A stretch of DNA of 64,000 bases from a virus, in the IMG/VR virus record IMGVR_UViG_3300006916_000041, positions 108,410 to 172,409 of that record. The stretch is one strand, 5' to 3'. Positions 1 to 8,952 of this stretch are shown one piece after another. The position numbers and the translations under genes are program-made. The notes beneath the pieces were generated by a model that did no database searches, was not told the origin of the DNA, and saw only the letters and a list, made by a program, of their open reading frames with translations. Numbering within the stretch: position 1 is the stretch's first letter; each line of letters opens with the position of its first letter.

Positions 1-2
1 GT

Positions 3-137
3 CAACAATTTGATCAACCAATAAAGTTACAAGAAATTGGATGCGCTCATGCTAGAGCAGATTTCAGTGTTCCAGCTGAGGACAGAACTCCTGAACTAAC
101 ACTAAAAATGCCAGTCTGGAACGGAACAGAAACATGA
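3..137 (+). CDS. Partial hypothetical protein (C-terminal end, truncated by window edge)
   Basis: Open frame from base 3 (QQFDQPIKLQ...VWNGTET*) ending in TGA 135-137, overlapping the next ATG as ATGA. Confidence 0.6.
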   Translation, partial: QQFDQPIKLQEIGCAHARADFSVPAEDRTPELTLKMPVWNGTET

Positions 138-376
138 ATTGGTTAATAGTGGTAGTGTTTGCTACAATGACAGGTGATGTATACATATTCACTGATCCTA
201 AATTTGATACACGTGAAGAATGTGTGGCATCTATTAAAGATCCAAACATGGTACCTGTGTACTCAAAAAAACTAGTAGAAGAGTATGGGCGTTTGTTGCC
301 AATTATAGGATTAAATTGTTTGCAAGAAGATGAAATCAAAAAAATAATAAAAGGTGTGAAAGAATCCAAAGCATGA
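134..376 (+). CDS. Hypothetical protein with hydrophobic N-terminus and two Cys
   Basis: 80-aa ORF, ATGA-coupled at both ends. Confidence 0.75.
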   Translation: MNWLIVVVFATMTGDVYIFTDPKFDTREECVASIKDPNMVPVYSKKLVEEYGRLLPIIGLNCLQEDEIKKIIKGVKESKA

Positions 377-576
377 AGTGGATGTTAATTTATATCTTAA
401 TTAGCAATGGTGAACCAATGGCAATAAATGCATATGGTCCTCGACACACATTCGATGACATGTATGATTGTTTTCATGCTAGAGAAAGTCTAAGCGAAAA
501 GATAGGAACCGGGCAAGGGTATTTTGGAAATAACCAACAAGCTGTTTGTGTTCCAGTAGAATCTACCAACACTTAA
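373..576 (+). CDS. Hypothetical protein, similar architecture to upstream gene
   Basis: 67-aa ORF; hydrophobic N-terminus, F-D-x4-C and a C-terminal C as in 134..376. Confidence 0.7.
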   Translation: MKWMLIYILISNGEPMAINAYGPRHTFDDMYDCFHARESLSEKIGTGQGYFGNNQQAVCVPVESTNT

Positions 577-600
577 ACTCATAATTCTATACCGTTTTAA

Positions 601-607
601 CTAAATA
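601..607 (+). promoter_or_regulatory. Putative late promoter (TAAATA core)
   Basis: CTAAATA in intergenic gap ~22 nt upstream of ATG 630; the same core recurs at many gene starts. Confidence 0.45.
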
Positions 608-629
608 CATTAAAGCAGTAGAGAATGAA

Positions 630-941
630 ATGGCAAGACCAAAACCAAAAATACTAATGGAGTTTACAGATCCAAAAAGTTATCGCAGTGAACAAATACT
701 AGCAGCAGATGCAATCTATGCAGTGTTTCATGATAACAAGCCGATTAACCTAAGAAGCTTAAATAGTCTTGTAAACTTTCCAGGACCAAAATATAAAAAG
801 GTAAGTTTTAGCAACAGCGGGCATGCGTTTAATCTAGCAACTAGATTAAATAAATTGTTCAAAACAGACAAATTTACAGTGGTAAAACTGTTACAAGGCG
901 AAACAATAGTTGAAGACGATGGTGAACAAGGAATGGTATAA
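630..941 (+). CDS. Hypothetical phage protein (basic)
   Basis: 103-aa ORF with purine-rich RBS. Confidence 0.8.
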   Translation: MARPKPKILMEFTDPKSYRSEQILAADAIYAVFHDNKPINLRSLNSLVNFPGPKYKKVSFSNSGHAFNLATRLNKLFKTDKFTVVKLLQGETIVEDDGEQGMV

Positions 942-1266
942 TCAAATATTGGCTCATGCACAACGTACCAAACCTGAAACCAAAATACAAGACCTTTTTA
1001 AAAATTACAGAAATAATCACGGGCTCAGCTTGACCAAGCTGGGCCTTCATGTAATATCCAGCATGGATATAGAACGTGAAGATTTTAATTTACCCAACAT
1101 AAAAATCACTCCTAGAGTAAGACTACTGCTGGACAGATACATGCAGTATCCCTATTACTTTGAAAAAAAGTGGTTGGTGTTGTTTAGCACAGAAGATCGC
1201 ATATTCTACAAGATGTACGGCAAAGACTGGGATAGTTTTGTAGAACACATGGAAGAAAATCTTTAA
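919..1266 (+). CDS. Hypothetical protein
   Basis: ORF 910..1266; ATG 919 is the likelier start. Confidence 0.75.
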   Translation: MVNKEWYNQILAHAQRTKPETKIQDLFKNYRNNHGLSLTKLGLHVISSMDIEREDFNLPNIKITPRVRLLLDRYMQYPYYFEKKWLVLFSTEDRIFYKMYGKDWDSFVEHMEENL

Positions 1267-1293
1267 AAAAGACAAAAAACTTGCAAAAAAAGG

Positions 1294-1322
1294 TTGACAA
1301 GTAAGACATCTTGCTGTATATT
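1294..1322 (+). promoter_or_regulatory. Sigma70-type early promoter
   Basis: TTGACA-17 nt-TATATT with A-rich upstream tract. Confidence 0.75.
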
Positions 1323-1355
1323 ATAAGTGTAAGTTAAGAAAAAACGGAGAAACAC

Positions 1356-1754
1356 ATGTTTGACCAAACAGTAAAATTTGAAGATGTTGACACTGATACA
1401 CTGTGCATTGAACACTTTGATGATATGCAACAAGAACTAGGCATGTCAACTGTTTGGAGCATGTGGGATGGCGGCACTATGTCCGCAGACCATGCTATCT
1501 TTACTCCCAAGCATCACCGAGTTGTTTATGAATTTGTGCGTGATGACGCTACTTCAGAAGAGATTTACGCAGACCTAGAAGATGGCGGTAAACGCTCAAT
1601 GGCGCAAGTTAGTTCTTTTGCAGTAGACGGAACAGTTAAAAGTTTATGGGCGGCTGCTGAAAGCTGCATCAAACAAAGCGGAACACATCATCAGTTCATT
1701 GAAGATTTTGAAGTCAATGAAGATGGAACACTAGAATTGATCACCGGCTCTTAA
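1356..1754 (+). CDS. Hypothetical acidic early protein
   Basis: 132-aa ORF, GGAG RBS, own promoter. Confidence 0.8.
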   Translation: MFDQTVKFEDVDTDTLCIEHFDDMQQELGMSTVWSMWDGGTMSADHAIFTPKHHRVVYEFVRDDATSEEIYADLEDGGKRSMAQVSSFAVDGTVKSLWAAAESCIKQSGTHHQFIEDFEVNEDGTLELITGS

Positions 1755-1758
1755 AAGG

Positions 1759-1786
1759 TTGACACAGACTTTTAAGATGCTACAAT
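1759..1786 (+). promoter_or_regulatory. Sigma70-type early promoter
   Basis: AAAAGG-TTGACA-16 nt-TACAAT with TGn extended -10. Confidence 0.7.
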
Positions 1787-1823
1787 ATTAGTATAGTTAG
1801 AAACAAACCCAGGAGTATTAACT

Positions 1824-2921
1824 ATGTCTATGGAAACACAAACCCGTACAGTTACACTAAAAGAGCTTAAAAAGTATGCAATGCATAACTTTAAAAAGCA
1901 ACGTCCAATGTTTGTTTGGGGTCCTCCCGGCATTGGCAAATCTGAGACTTTTGAGCAGATCAAAGTCAGCTATGAAGAAAAAGGTCTTCGTGCTAAATTG
2001 ATCGATGCTCGTTTGGCACTGTGGGATCCTACAGATCTCAAAGGCTATCCTTACTTTGATCAGGAAGCAAACCGCATGCGTTTTAGTGTGCCAGATGAAT
2101 TGCCCACCGAAGATGATGCCAAAGAATATGATATTATTATCCTGTTCTTAGACGAACTCAACGGTGCGGCACCTGCTACACAGGCTGCGGCATATCAGTT
2201 GATTCTCAACCGTGCAATTGGCAAGTACAAGCTACCAGACAATGTTGTGATTGCGGCAGCTGGTAACCGAGACACTGACAAAGGTGTTACCTATCGCATG
2301 CCCAAGCCGTTAGCAAACCGCTTCCTACACTACGAAGTGCGTGTTGATTTTGACACTTGGTTTGACTGGGCTGTTAAAAACAACATTCACCCAGACGTAG
2401 TAGGTTACTTGCAAACCTTTAAAAATCACCTTTACAACTTTGATGCTGGCAGCAACGAGCGTTCGTTTGCTACACCACGCAGTTGGACCTTTGTGTCAGA
2501 AACACTGGATGATGTTGATGACTTTACCGAAGAGGAAATCACTGACATGGTGTCAGCTGGTATCGGTGAAGGACTTGCGCTACAGTTTAAAGCACACCGC
2601 GAAGTTAGTGGTCAGTTGCCTAACCCAACAGACATTTTGGATGGTAAGGTAAAAGACCTTAAAACAGACAACATCAGTGCAAAATATTCATTGACCACTG
2701 CACTGTGCTATGAACTTAAAACTGCTTTCGACAACGACGACAAGGGCAATGAAAAGTTTGATAACTTCCTTGAGTTTATGCAAAACAACTTCGAAAGCGA
2801 AATGGTTGTGATGGGTGCTACAGTTGCTCTTAGCAAATATGGTATCCGTCCAAAGTTCAATCAACTTAAAAACTACAAGCCATTCATTCAACAGTATGGC
2901 AAGTTGATTGAGCAAGCATAG
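1824..2921 (+). CDS. MoxR-like AAA+ ATPase
   Basis: Walker A GPPGIGKS, Walker B LFLDE, AAGN sensor I, LANRF arginine finger, TPRSW; followed by a VWA gene. Confidence 0.9.
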   Translation: MSMETQTRTVTLKELKKYAMHNFKKQRPMFVWGPPGIGKSETFEQIKVSYEEKGLRAKLIDARLALWDPTDLKGYPYFDQEANRMRFSVPDELPTEDDAKEYDIIILFLDELNGAAPATQAAAYQLILNRAIGKYKLPDNVVIAAAGNRDTDKGVTYRMPKPLANRFLHYEVRVDFDTWFDWAVKNNIHPDVVGYLQTFKNHLYNFDAGSNERSFATPRSWTFVSETLDDVDDFTEEEITDMVSAGIGEGLALQFKAHREVSGQLPNPTDILDGKVKDLKTDNISAKYSLTTALCYELKTAFDNDDKGNEKFDNFLEFMQNNFESEMVVMGATVALSKYGIRPKFNQLKNYKPFIQQYGKLIEQA

Positions 2922-2939
2922 GCAACTATGCTCCTGGGA

Positions 2940-2968
2940 GATAATAGGGCTGTAATGGCCCTATTATC
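2940..2968 (+). terminator. Hairpin, putative intrinsic terminator
   Basis: GATAATAGGGC...GCCCTATTATC inverted repeat after the ATPase stop; weak T-tail. Confidence 0.55.
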
Positions 2969-2978
2969 ATTTAAAAGG

Positions 2979-3006
2979 TTGACATCTAGGCAAGATATGT
3001 TACTAT
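2979..3006 (+). promoter_or_regulatory. Sigma70-type early promoter
   Basis: AAAAGG-TTGACA-16 nt-TACTAT with TGn extended -10. Confidence 0.7.
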
Positions 3007-3039
3007 ATAAGTATAGCAAAGAACACAGGAGTGATTCGC

Positions 3040-4299
3040 ATGTCAGAATTTGAAACCGCACACGATAAGCTAGTTGCCGCACGTATTAAGATGCTGTTTA
3101 ATCAGCCTTTCTTTGGTAACATTGCCTGTCGTTTGAAATTGGTAGATGCTACTGACGATGGTTGGTGTCCAACAGCCGCTACAGACGGTCGTCATTTTTA
3201 CTACAATCGAGACTTTGTTGACACACTTAGCGTTGGTCAAACTGTGTTTCTTGTGGGACATGAAATCGGACACTGCATTTACGAACACTTCCTGCGTGTA
3301 AACGGCAGAGATAAACAGTACTGGAACATGGCAGGTGACTACAAAATCAACGGTATGTTAGTACGTGAAAAAATTGGTGAGATTATCGACCAAGTAAAAA
3401 TTTGCTATGATGAAAAATACAATGACAACGAATGGTTCACTGAAAACGTATACGACGATTTGTACAACAATCAAGCACCTGTACAAGCTACACTAGATGT
3501 ACACTTGGACATGGAAGGTGAAGGTGAAGGCGAAGATGACAAGCCTGGTGCAGGTGGCGACCAAGGCAAAGATGGTAACCAAAAAGGCAAAGGTAAAAAG
3601 CCTACCATTAGTAAAGATGATGCCAAAGCTATCTCAGACGAAATGAAAAATGCAATTATCCAAGCGGCACAAACTGCTGGTGCTGGCAATGTTCCTGCTG
3701 AAATTGCACGTATGATCAGGGAGCTAACTGAACCTAAAATGGATTGGCGTCAGTATGTTCGTGTTACACTTGAAAGCAATTTGAGCAGTGACTTTACTTT
3801 TATGCGTCCTAATCGCAAAAGTCAGTTTAACAGTGTTGTTATTCCGGGCATGAAGAAAGATGAAAAAATTGACATTTGTATTGCACTGGATGCTAGCGGA
3901 TCTATCAGTCAACGAGACTGCACAGACTTCCTAAGTGAAGTACAAGGTATTATGGATCAGTTTGGCAGCTACAGAATTCGTATTTGGAGTTTTGATACTG
4001 CGGTGTATGCATACGATGAGTTCACTGACGACGACGGACGTAGCATTGAAGAGTATCAAATTGTTGGCGGAGGCGGCACAGACTTTATGTGCAACTGGCA
4101 CTTTATGGAAGAACAAGGCATAGAGCCTGATCAGTTTATTATGTTTACAGATGGTTATCCTTGGGATAGTTGGGGAATGCCAGACTACTGTGATACATTG
4201 TTCTTGATCAAGTATCCTGAATTTTGTGGTAAGCCTGGGCCTGCACCTTTTGGACAAACCGTTTATTATAACGAACAAGAACAGAAACAAGCGGCATAA
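3040..4299 (+). CDS. HExxH metallopeptidase-like plus VWA domain protein (DUF2201-type), MoxR partner
   Basis: TAATDG and HEIGH motifs, acidic/Gly linker, MIDAS DASGS, GGGGTDF, FTDG; AGGAG RBS favours ATG 3040. Confidence 0.85.
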   Translation: MSEFETAHDKLVAARIKMLFNQPFFGNIACRLKLVDATDDGWCPTAATDGRHFYYNRDFVDTLSVGQTVFLVGHEIGHCIYEHFLRVNGRDKQYWNMAGDYKINGMLVREKIGEIIDQVKICYDEKYNDNEWFTENVYDDLYNNQAPVQATLDVHLDMEGEGEGEDDKPGAGGDQGKDGNQKGKGKKPTISKDDAKAISDEMKNAIIQAAQTAGAGNVPAEIARMIRELTEPKMDWRQYVRVTLESNLSSDFTFMRPNRKSQFNSVVIPGMKKDEKIDICIALDASGSISQRDCTDFLSEVQGIMDQFGSYRIRIWSFDTAVYAYDEFTDDDGRSIEEYQIVGGGGTDFMCNWHFMEEQGIEPDQFIMFTDGYPWDSWGMPDYCDTLFLIKYPEFCGKPGPAPFGQTVYYNEQEQKQAA

Positions 4300-4303
4300 G
4301 TAA

Positions 4304-4585
4304 ATGCGTATAGTTGAACAAAAAAATAGTTTAAGCGAGGAGGATCTCGAATGGTTACGAGGAACTCCCACAATACAAAAAATGTTAAAACAAAGACTAA
4401 TAGTTGAGTTTGACACACCACCAGACATTGAAACAATAGATTTTAGTGGCACTAGAGGTTTTTATCTTATTAAAAACTTAGGTCACAAAATCTATCAATT
4501 TTGGTTTGAAGAGTCAAGAGACTATGAGGATTTTAGAGCCAATATATTGGCTTACAAGTTAAGTAGTACCAAAATCAAAGAATGA
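4304..4585 (+). CDS. Hypothetical protein
   Basis: 93-aa ORF tightly packed in the + strand run. Confidence 0.75.
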   Translation: MRIVEQKNSLSEEDLEWLRGTPTIQKMLKQRLIVEFDTPPDIETIDFSGTRGFYLIKNLGHKIYQFWFEESRDYEDFRANILAYKLSSTKIKE

Positions 4586-4626
4586 TAAATAACTGCGTAT
4601 ATAATTCGTTACAATAGGAGTTTATA

Positions 4627-4887
4627 ATGAGCGAAGAAAATAATATTGAAGCAACTGCAACAGAAGCACCAGAAGCAAATGAACCCGTAGCACTAGGCGT
4701 AGCTGACCTACAAAATGCGGCACAAATTATCGATGCGGCTGTAACTAGAGGTGCTTTCAAAGCTAGTGAAGCTGCCGGCGTTGGCGCTGTCTACAATAAA
4801 ATTGTAGCTTTTGTACAACAAGTAGCTGAACAACAAGCCGCACAACAAGCCGCGGCAAACGAAACTGAAGCTGCCGCTTCAGAGTAA
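4627..4887 (+). CDS. Hypothetical Ala/Glu-rich protein
   Basis: 86-aa ORF, AGGAG RBS, GATAAATA upstream at ~4584-4591. Confidence 0.8.
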   Translation: MSEENNIEATATEAPEANEPVALGVADLQNAAQIIDAAVTRGAFKASEAAGVGAVYNKIVAFVQQVAEQQAAQQAAANETEAAASE

Positions 4888-4898
4888 GGAGAAATCCA

Positions 4899-5540
4899 AT
4901 GGCAAATCTAAAACATATAGGACAAGTAGCTAATACTGGTCTAAAATGTATTGTGGTCTTTAGAGAGATCTATGACGAAAATGGTAATGTAACAGATCCT
5001 AATCATTGTTTGATTGTGGAAACAGAACGTTTACCTGACATGGAGCATGACGATATAGTACGTGTTGTTGAAAGTGATTCTGGACAAAGTGCAAAACAAT
5101 TTTATGAGATTGCACACCGTAGCATGTTTAGTGATGGCATCAACATGCTCACTAAACTACACACCAGGGGTTATTTAAAAAAGTACCCAACAGATCAAAT
5201 TTTAATGACTCCCAATAGCAGTACCGCAGTTAAACTAAGCGAAGTTAACGAAGTTATTCGTAAACAATCAACTGGCATGAGCGAGCAAGACATTCAAAAC
5301 AGCATGGTCGATGACACTGACAGCGCACCTAGAAGTGCAACTACCAGTCGTCAAGCGCCTCCTCCGCCACAAACAGATTCAGGAGTAATGGACGATACAA
5401 CTATTGCACAAAATATGTTGGCACAAGCAGAAACATATGAAGCAGAAGTTAAACGCCTTCGAGAAGAAGCATATAGCATGGCGCCTGACTTGAAACCCAA
5501 GCGGGGCCGTAAAAAGGCTACTGCTGATGCCAATACATAA
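4899..5540 (+). CDS. Hypothetical phage protein with basic C-terminal tail
   Basis: 213-aa ORF, AAGGAG RBS; C-terminal coiled coil and KPKRGRKK. Confidence 0.8.
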   Translation: MANLKHIGQVANTGLKCIVVFREIYDENGNVTDPNHCLIVETERLPDMEHDDIVRVVESDSGQSAKQFYEIAHRSMFSDGINMLTKLHTRGYLKKYPTDQILMTPNSSTAVKLSEVNEVIRKQSTGMSEQDIQNSMVDDTDSAPRSATTSRQAPPPPQTDSGVMDDTTIAQNMLAQAETYEAEVKRLREEAYSMAPDLKPKRGRKKATADANT

Positions 5541-5838
5541 GCGTGACAGAAACTTTCAAAAAATTGTAAGTGAATTAGAAATCAAAAGCGTACCAACTGA
5601 GTTTGTTCAACAGCTCACGTTGGTATGTGAAAACGGAGATCGAATCACGTTTGAAGATGAGACTATACAAACTTTCCAAGACGAAAAAGATTTTGTATCA
5701 GCTATGATTAAACTAGTAGAAGACAATGACGACTTACAAAGCAATATTGTAGATGTAGAAATTATTATCAATTACAAAAAACTAGAAGAAAACATTGGTA
5801 ATTTAACCAAACAGTTATTGGATGCAAAATCAAAATGA
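5527..5838 (+). CDS. Hypothetical protein
   Basis: 103-aa ORF overlapping both neighbours. Confidence 0.75.
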   Translation: MPIHKRDRNFQKIVSELEIKSVPTEFVQQLTLVCENGDRITFEDETIQTFQDEKDFVSAMIKLVEDNDDLQSNIVDVEIIINYKKLEENIGNLTKQLLDAKSK

Positions 5839-6314
5839 TCAGAGCTATACTAGCGTGTGACGAAGATTGGGGAATAGGCAAGGATAACAATCTTCCTTGG
5901 CCACATAATCCAGCAGATCTTCGCTGGTTTAAAGAAAACACCACAGGTGGTGTTATTGCTATGGGCAAGTCTACATGGGATAGTTTACCTATCAAACCAT
6001 TGCCCAATCGTAATAACATAGTTGTAACCAGCAGTACTGATGATTATAACGGCGGCGGCTATCATTATGTAAAATTTGATACTGCTAAAACAGAACTTGT
6101 TAACATGAACAAACTTCAAGACGTTTGGATTATCGGCGGCGCACAACTTGTTAACGGACTGTTATCTATCATTGATGAGATATGGTTAAGTCGTATTCCA
6201 GGGACATACGACTGTGACGTATTCCTCCCACGTAGCATTATTGAAACAACTTATAGCTTGTACAGTAGTGAACGTGAAGGAGACTTATGGATCGACAAGT
6301 GGAGACAAATATGA
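5835..6314 (+). CDS. folA: Dihydrofolate reductase
   Basis: GIGKDNNLPW, DLRWFKENT, MGKSTWDS, PLPNRNNIVVT, IIGGAQL, CDVFLP. Confidence 0.95.
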   Translation: MIRAILACDEDWGIGKDNNLPWPHNPADLRWFKENTTGGVIAMGKSTWDSLPIKPLPNRNNIVVTSSTDDYNGGGYHYVKFDTAKTELVNMNKLQDVWIIGGAQLVNGLLSIIDEIWLSRIPGTYDCDVFLPRSIIETTYSLYSSEREGDLWIDKWRQI

Positions 6315-6742
6315 AAATATTAATATTTGGACTACCAGGCAGTGGTAAAACTACACTAGCAAAACCTTTTTCAGAACTTATAGGCGGTGTACACTTAAAT
6401 GCTGATGCTGTAAGAAAACAATATGATGATTGGGACTTTACACCAACAGGACGCATACGACAAGCCCAACGTATGCGTCATTTAGCAGATGGAGTAGTAA
6501 TGGCTGGAAAAATAGCAGTAGCAGATTTTGTTGCACCTACTGACGCTGCACGAGCGGAATTTGACCCCGATTTTACTGTTTGGATGGACACAATCAATGA
6601 AGGTCGTTTTGAAGATACAAATAAAATGTTCGAACGTCCTTATAATGCATATATTGATTATCATGTAAGCAAATGGTTTGATGATACTCATGCACAATTA
6701 CTACCTGTTGTGCAAACTTGGATGGAGCGTAATAATGTTTGA
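6311..6742 (+). CDS. cysC: Adenylylsulfate (APS) kinase-like P-loop kinase
   Basis: GLPGSGKTT, NADAVR, DFTPTGRIRQAQR, DFVAP, FERP; GGAG RBS before ATG 6311. Confidence 0.65.
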   Translation: MKILIFGLPGSGKTTLAKPFSELIGGVHLNADAVRKQYDDWDFTPTGRIRQAQRMRHLADGVVMAGKIAVADFVAPTDAARAEFDPDFTVWMDTINEGRFEDTNKMFERPYNAYIDYHVSKWFDDTHAQLLPVVQTWMERNNV

Positions 6743-7145
6743 TTGGAAAAAGCCTACTGCACAAATGCTCGGACGTTGGCAACCTTGGCATGATGGTCAT
6801 ACAGAATTATTTAAAAAAGCACTAGCAGAAACTGGACAAGTTTGTATCATGGTACGTGATGTGGGAGGCATTATTGGCGAAGATGCTGGTGCCGGACGTA
6901 CAGTAACACAAGACGATAATCCATTCGAATGGAAGCAAGTTAGACAAAACATTATTGCAGGACTAAACAAAGCAGGGTATTTGATTGGTATAGATTACGA
7001 AATTATGAAAGTACCAAACATTGTTGATATTAGTTATGGACGTGGTGTTGGATACACATTTACTGAACATGATCTTGGAGAAGCAATTCACAACATCAGT
7101 GCTACAAAAATTAGAGCAAAGATGAGAGAGGAAGGCGAACTTTGA
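6735..7145 (+). CDS. HxGH-family (cytidylyltransferase-like) nucleotidyltransferase
   Basis: GRWQPWHDGH, DNPF, ISATKIR. Confidence 0.8.
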   Translation: MFDWKKPTAQMLGRWQPWHDGHTELFKKALAETGQVCIMVRDVGGIIGEDAGAGRTVTQDDNPFEWKQVRQNIIAGLNKAGYLIGIDYEIMKVPNIVDISYGRGVGYTFTEHDLGEAIHNISATKIRAKMREEGEL

Positions 7146-7996
7146 AGCAGTATTTAGATGCACTTAAACATATCCTAGATAATGGAGAACAAGTAAGTGA
7201 TCGTACTGGAGTAGGTACAAAGAGCGTGTTTGGATATCAAATGCGCTTTGATTTACAAGAAGGTTTTCCTGCTGTTACAACAAAACGACTTGCATGGAAG
7301 AGTGTAGTAGGAGAACTGTTATGGTTCTTAGAAGGTAGCAGTGACGAACGCAGACTTGCTGAAATTACATTTGAAAAGCCCCGACGTGAACTAATTGATA
7401 AGAAAACTATCTGGACTGCTAATGCCGATAAACAAGGTATAGACTTGGGTTATCGTAACGACGACTTGGTTAAAGAACTTGGCCCTGTGTATGGAGTACA
7501 GTGGAGAGACTTTGGTGGTGTTGATCAAATCAAGTGGCTCATAAACGAAATTAAAAATAATCCAGACAGTAGACGCATTATACTAAGTGCATGGAATCCA
7601 ACTCAAGTTGACAAAATGGCACTTCCTCCTTGTCATACTATGGCACAGTTTAGAGTGACAAATAGTCGTTTAAGTTGTCAACTATACCAGCGTAGTGCTG
7701 ACATGTTCTTGGGCGTCCCATTTAACATTGCAAGTTACAGTTTGCTCACAGTTATACTAGCACACATATGTGATTTAGAACCGGGAGACTTTGTATGGAC
7801 AGGCGGAGATTGTCACATATACAACAATCATACGGAACAAGTAAAACAACAGATTGCTCGTAAACCCGACAAGTTGCCAGGTCTAGCAGTGCCACTGTTT
7901 CATGATTTAGAAACACTGCTAACATGCAAACCAAGTGAGTTTATTCTGGTAGAATACAACCCACAACCCAGTATTAAGGCACCAATGGCAGTATAA
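7142..7996 (+). CDS. thyA: Thymidylate synthase
   Basis: DRTGVGT, ELLWFLEG, LGPVYGVQWR, SRRIILSAWNP, MALPPCH, QRSADMFLGVPFNIASY. Confidence 0.97.
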   Translation: MKQYLDALKHILDNGEQVSDRTGVGTKSVFGYQMRFDLQEGFPAVTTKRLAWKSVVGELLWFLEGSSDERRLAEITFEKPRRELIDKKTIWTANADKQGIDLGYRNDDLVKELGPVYGVQWRDFGGVDQIKWLINEIKNNPDSRRIILSAWNPTQVDKMALPPCHTMAQFRVTNSRLSCQLYQRSADMFLGVPFNIASYSLLTVILAHICDLEPGDFVWTGGDCHIYNNHTEQVKQQIARKPDKLPGLAVPLFHDLETLLTCKPSEFILVEYNPQPSIKAPMAV

Positions 7997-8018
7997 CAAG
8001 TACGTTATACTGCCATTG
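7983..8018. terminator. 15-bp perfect hairpin between convergent transcription units
   Basis: CAATGGCAGTATAAC-aagtac-GTTATACTGCCATTG overlapping the thyA stop. Confidence 0.7.
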
Positions 8019-8050
8019 TAATTATAATATATTTACTCTAATAAACGAAA

Positions 8051-8314
8051 TCAGATAGTTTCTTTTAAAACATCACTGGTGGTAAAATTTAATGCTGGTC
8101 CTGCTTCTTTTTCTGCTTTCAATGTAGCATGATCAGCTTCACTTGCAAAAATTTTTACGCAACGCACACTAGTAGGACTTGCTAGAGTAATAGATCCACT
8201 AGTAACCAATGGATTAGTTGTTCCGCAATTTCCGTGTTCTGCCTTCCACTCGTTTACACTAGCATATGTATTACCACTAGTTGTTGTAAGTATATTAGTT
8301 ACTCTATATGCCAT
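8051..8314 (-). CDS. Small Thr/Ser-rich hypothetical protein
   Basis: 87 aa from ATG 8314 with AGGAG RBS; AATAAATA upstream at 8347-8354. Confidence 0.75.
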   Translation of the reverse strand: MAYRVTNILTTTSGNTYASVNEWKAEHGNCGTTNPLVTSGSITLASPTSVRCVKIFASEADHATLKAEKEAGPALNFTTSDVLKETI

Positions 8315-8352
8315 GTTGTTTTCTCCTGTCACATAATTTATAAGTGTATTTA

Positions 8353-8952
8353 TTAATAAAATCCAAATGCCCAGTATTTTTCTTTACACCACCAGCATGT
8401 TTTACAAGGTCTAGGCGCTGTTAAACTTTCACAGCTTACTGTTAAATCTGACAGTTCTTGCAACTGATGTTGTTTATATAGTTCAGCAACATAACGTTTA
8501 TCCTGGTTTATAAATGGCTGATAATGATAAATTCCGTTACGGCTCACACTGCGCCATTCTCTTGTAACATCTCTGGTTTCATCACGTCCTTCTGTTTGTA
8601 ACTCTGGAGGATTTGTTGTCATACCACTTAGTATTCCAGTAACATTATATTTTTCTACCAATTCTTTTGTTTGTTTTGCTCTTCCGCCTGCTTTTGCTGT
8701 TTCCCTGTCAGGAAGAAATCCTATACGATGCTCTATAATACGATTTGGAAAATTACTATCCAAATATTTTTTTATTTTTTCGACATTGTCTAAATTATAA
8801 TTTTGCATATGAGCGAAACAAATAGTACTCAGTACTATTTTACATTCTGGTTTATAATTCATTACTAAAAATGTAAGTAATGCACTATCTAATCCGCCAC
8901 TTAGTGTACTCAAATAAACACCTTCGTTTGGAATTAGGTCAATTTTTTCCAT
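8353..8952 (-). CDS. queC: QueC-like PP-loop ATP pyrophosphatase (7-cyano-7-deazaguanine synthase-like)
   Basis: SGGLDS PP-loop, PFINQDK, SC-x8-CKTCWWC zinc motif; actual substrate uncertain. Confidence 0.6.
   Translation of the reverse strand: MEKIDLIPNEGVYLSTLSGGLDSALLTFLVMNYKPECKIVLSTICFAHMQNYNLDNVEKIKKYLDSNFPNRIIEHRIGFLPDRETAKAGGRAKQTKELVEKYNVTGILSGMTTNPPELQTEGRDETRDVTREWRSVSRNGIYHYQPFINQDKRYVAELYKQHQLQELSDLTVSCESLTAPRPCKTCWWCKEKYWAFGFY

Noticed and set aside
4830-4853. Short direct repeat ACAACAAGCCGC x2
   Set aside because: Encodes low-complexity QQAAQQAA inside a CDS
7142-7996. ThyA as a dUMP/dCMP hydroxymethylase for base hypermodification
   Set aside because: Canonical ThyA motifs including the dUMP-specifying Asn (PFNIASY), and paired with DHFR
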